A stretch of 63,800 nucleotides of DNA. Origin: an uncultured Spirochaetaceae bacterium. Lineage in GTDB: Bacteria > Myxococcota_A > UBA9160 > UBA4427. Shown here in pieces: positions 61,747 to 63,800 of this stretch. The stretch is taken from positions 1 to 63,800 of the forward strand of contig CAZQMY010000001.1 in assembly GCA_964594405.1 (NCBI GenBank), written 5' to 3'. Positions within the stretch are counted from its first letter, which is position 1; every line of letters starts with the position of its first letter. The position numbers and the translations under genes were made by a program. Under the pieces are notes generated by a model. The model was not told the origin of the DNA. It worked only from the letters and a program-made list of their open reading frames with translations, and did not search any database.

Positions 61747-63800
61747 ATGCACGGACTCGAGGATCTGCGCGTGGTGGAGGCCTGCACTCAGATCGCCGGC
61801 CCCTACTGCGGCAAGCTCTTCGCGGACGCGGGCGCGGAGGTGATCAAGCTCGAGGGGCCGGGCGGGGATCCCATGCGCCGCTGGTCGGCGAGTGGGCGCG
61901 ATCCCGGTGGGCGCGACGGCCCGTTCTTCCGCTACCTGAATGGCGGCAAGCGCAGCGTCGTGGGTGAGATCGGCGCGTGGGCGAGCGACGAAGAGGTCGG
62001 GCCGCTGCTCGCCGGCGCCGATCTCCTGATCGAGATGGAGGCGCCCGCCGCCCTCGAGCGTGACGCGTTGCGCGCCCGGTTCCCCGGGCTCGTCATCCTC
62101 AGCATCACGCCCTTCGGGGTGACGGGCCCGCTCGCCGGTCGTGCTGCCACCGACTTCACGATCCAGGCGGAGGGTGCGTCCACGGGCGCTCGTGGCCTTC
62201 CGGGCGGGGAGCCCTATCAGGCCGGCGGTCGCCTCAGCGAGTGGGCGGCGGGCAGCTTCGGGGCCGTGCCCGCACTCGCCGCGGTGAGGCGCGCGCGACG
62301 GACGGGGCAGGGCGAGCACATCGACTTCTCCATGCAGGCGGTGACCGCGCTCATCACCAACTGCTACATCGATCTGATGTGGGGCATCCTCGGCCGTCCT
62401 CCCGCAGAAGGGGCCTTCCCCTCCATCGAGATGCCTTCCGTGGAGCCCACCCGTGATGGCTACGTGGGCTTCACGACCTACAGCGCACAGCAGTTCTCGG
62501 ACTTCCTCCTGCTGATCGAGCGTCCCGACCTGCGCGAGTCGGGTGAGTTCGATCAGATCTCGCAGCGCATGGCCCGACTCGACGAGTGGCAGGCCATCGT
62601 CCACGCCTATACGACTCGGCACGACACGGCGGAGATCATCGAGCGTGCGCAGCTCCTGCGGATCCCGGTGGCGCCGGTGAACGACGGACGGAAGGTCCTG
62701 GAGCACGAGCAGCTGCTGGCCCGCGACACCTTCGTCGAAGATCCCGCAGGCGGAGCCAGGCAGCCGCGGCCGCCCTATCGCATCGATGGAGAGGGCCCGC
62801 GCTTCCCCAGGCCGGCGCCCGCCCTCGGAGCCGATCAGGGACGCATCGAGCCGAGGGTGCCGCCGCGCGGCGAGGGCGATGGCGCCGCGCGGCGCCCCCT
62901 GGAAGGCATGAAGATCGTCGACGTCACGAGCTGGTGGGCCGGGCCCATCGCGACGCAGATGCTCTCGCTGCTGGGCGCGGACGTCATCCACGTCGAGTCC
63001 GTCCAGCACTACGACGGCGCGCGGAGCGTCGGCGGCACGTTGAGCATGCTCCACGAAGACAGGTGGGAGGCGAGCATCGTCATCCTCTCCGCGAACGCGA
63101 ACAAGCGTGGCATCACCCTCGACCTCTCCCGGCCGGAGGGCATCGAGGTCTTGGAGAAGCTGATCGAAGGCGCCGATGCCCTGGTGGAGAACTTCAGCCC
63201 GCGCGTGATGGACGGCTTCGGGATCAGCTGGGGGCGCGTTCAGGCCATCAACCCGCGCTGCCACTACGTGCGTATGCCTGCCTTCGGGCTCGACGGGCCG
63301 TGGCGCGAGCACGTGGGCTTCGCCTCGACCATGGAGCAGATGTCGGGCATGGCCTGGGTGACCGGGCACGAGGCAGACCAGCCTCGGGTGCAGCGTGGGC
63401 CCTGCGATCCGCTCGCGGGCATGCATGCGGCGTGGGCGCTGCTGGTGGCGCTCGAGGAGCGTCGACGCACGGGCGAGGGGCGGCTCGTCGAGGTGACGAT
63501 GATCGAGGGCGCGCTCAACGCCGCGTCCGAGCAGGTGATCGAGTGGGCGGCGCTCGGCCGCCTGCTCGGGCGCCAGGGCAATCGCTGCCCCGAGGCCGCG
63601 CCGCAGGGCCTGTATCCGTGCGCCGGCAGCACGCCGGGCGCCGAGCACTGGCTCGCGCTCAGCGTCGCCACTGACGCGCAGTGGGTCGCCCTCTGCGGCG
63701 TGCTCGGTCGGGCCGCGTGGCGGGACGACACCGACCTCGCCTCACTCGAGGGACGCCGCGCCGCCCACGACCGCGTGGACGCCGGCATCCGCGCCTGGGC
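61747..63800 (+). CDS. Fused double family-III (CaiB/BaiF) CoA-transferase, 3' end outside window
   Basis: Not in the ORF track because it has no stop in the window. I translated it by hand: 'LEDLRVVEACTQIAGPYCGKLFADAGAEVIKLE' and a second copy 'LEGMKIVDVTSWWAGPIATQMLSLLGADVIHVE...VENFSPRVMDGFG'. The frame is open to the window end. Confidence 0.88.
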   Translation, partial: MHGLEDLRVVEACTQIAGPYCGKLFADAGAEVIKLEGPGGDPMRRWSASGRDPGGRDGPFFRYLNGGKRSVVGEIGAWASDEEVGPLLAGADLLIEMEAPAALERDALRARFPGLVILSITPFGVTGPLAGRAATDFTIQAEGASTGARGLPGGEPYQAGGRLSEWAAGSFGAVPALAAVRRARRTGQGEHIDFSMQAVTALITNCYIDLMWGILGRPPAEGAFPSIEMPSVEPTRDGYVGFTTYSAQQFSDFLLLIERPDLRESGEFDQISQRMARLDEWQAIVHAYTTRHDTAEIIERAQLLRIPVAPVNDGRKVLEHEQLLARDTFVEDPAGGARQPRPPYRIDGEGPRFPRPAPALGADQGRIEPRVPPRGEGDGAARRPLEGMKIVDVTSWWAGPIATQMLSLLGADVIHVESVQHYDGARSVGGTLSMLHEDRWEASIVILSANANKRGITLDLSRPEGIEVLEKLIEGADALVENFSPRVMDGFGISWGRVQAINPRCHYVRMPAFGLDGPWREHVGFASTMEQMSGMAWVTGHEADQPRVQRGPCDPLAGMHAAWALLVALEERRRTGEGRLVEVTMIEGALNAASEQVIEWAALGRLLGRQGNRCPEAAPQGLYPCAGSTPGAEHWLALSVATDAQWVALCGVLGRAAWRDDTDLASLEGRRAAHDRVDAGIRAW

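Overview
This is a very GC-rich, gene-dense chromosomal segment; third codon positions are almost all G/C. It comes from a diderm (Gram-negative) bacterium, judging by outer-membrane beta-barrels, many lipoboxes, sigma54 control and a PEP-CTERM-like tail. I call about 55 protein genes on both strands. One of these (61747..>63800) is missing from the ORF track because it runs off the window.

I found no rRNA or tRNA, no CRISPR array, no transposase, integrase or phage genes, and no domain I recognise from known defence systems. It reads as ordinary core or shell genome rather than a mobile island.

Main themes:
- Hydrocarbon, ketone and fatty-acid oxidation: CYP153 P450, a Baeyer-Villiger monooxygenase, a Zn-ADH, a fused double family-III CoA-transferase, a thiolase, two tandem acyl-CoA dehydrogenases, a PaaI thioesterase, an LLM/F420 oxidoreductase and an epoxide-hydrolase-like hydrolase.
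- Membrane-lipid and envelope remodelling: two PlsC-type acyltransferases, START, PhyH, DUF1295, an OafA-type acyltransferase-SGNH fusion, two more SGNH/GDSL esterases, GT-C-like/TPR membrane proteins and a fused spermidine-synthase-like membrane protein.
- A sigma54-controlled persulfide dioxygenase-rhodanese-TauE sulfur module.
- Two two-component systems, one with a receiver gene frameshifted in a G9 tract.
- An RCK K+ channel translationally coupled to a WrbA-like flavoprotein.
- A cytoplasmic molybdoenzyme.

The best candidates for uncharacterised biology are three:
- The envelope locus at 51.3-58.8 kb: a heme-c/beta-propeller protein, a 'DLDLxVxDP' lipoprotein, a radical SAM/SPASM enzyme with no precursor peptide, a YdjM-type membrane hydrolase, a small lipoprotein and a divergent large polytopic membrane protein.
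- The flavoprotein-K+ channel pair.
- Two paralogous lipoprotein modules.

I could not demonstrate any of these to be a new system from sequence alone. All family calls rest on motifs read by eye, with no HMM or BLAST run. Start codons are best guesses, and the many long antisense ORFs in the track are GC-content artefacts.
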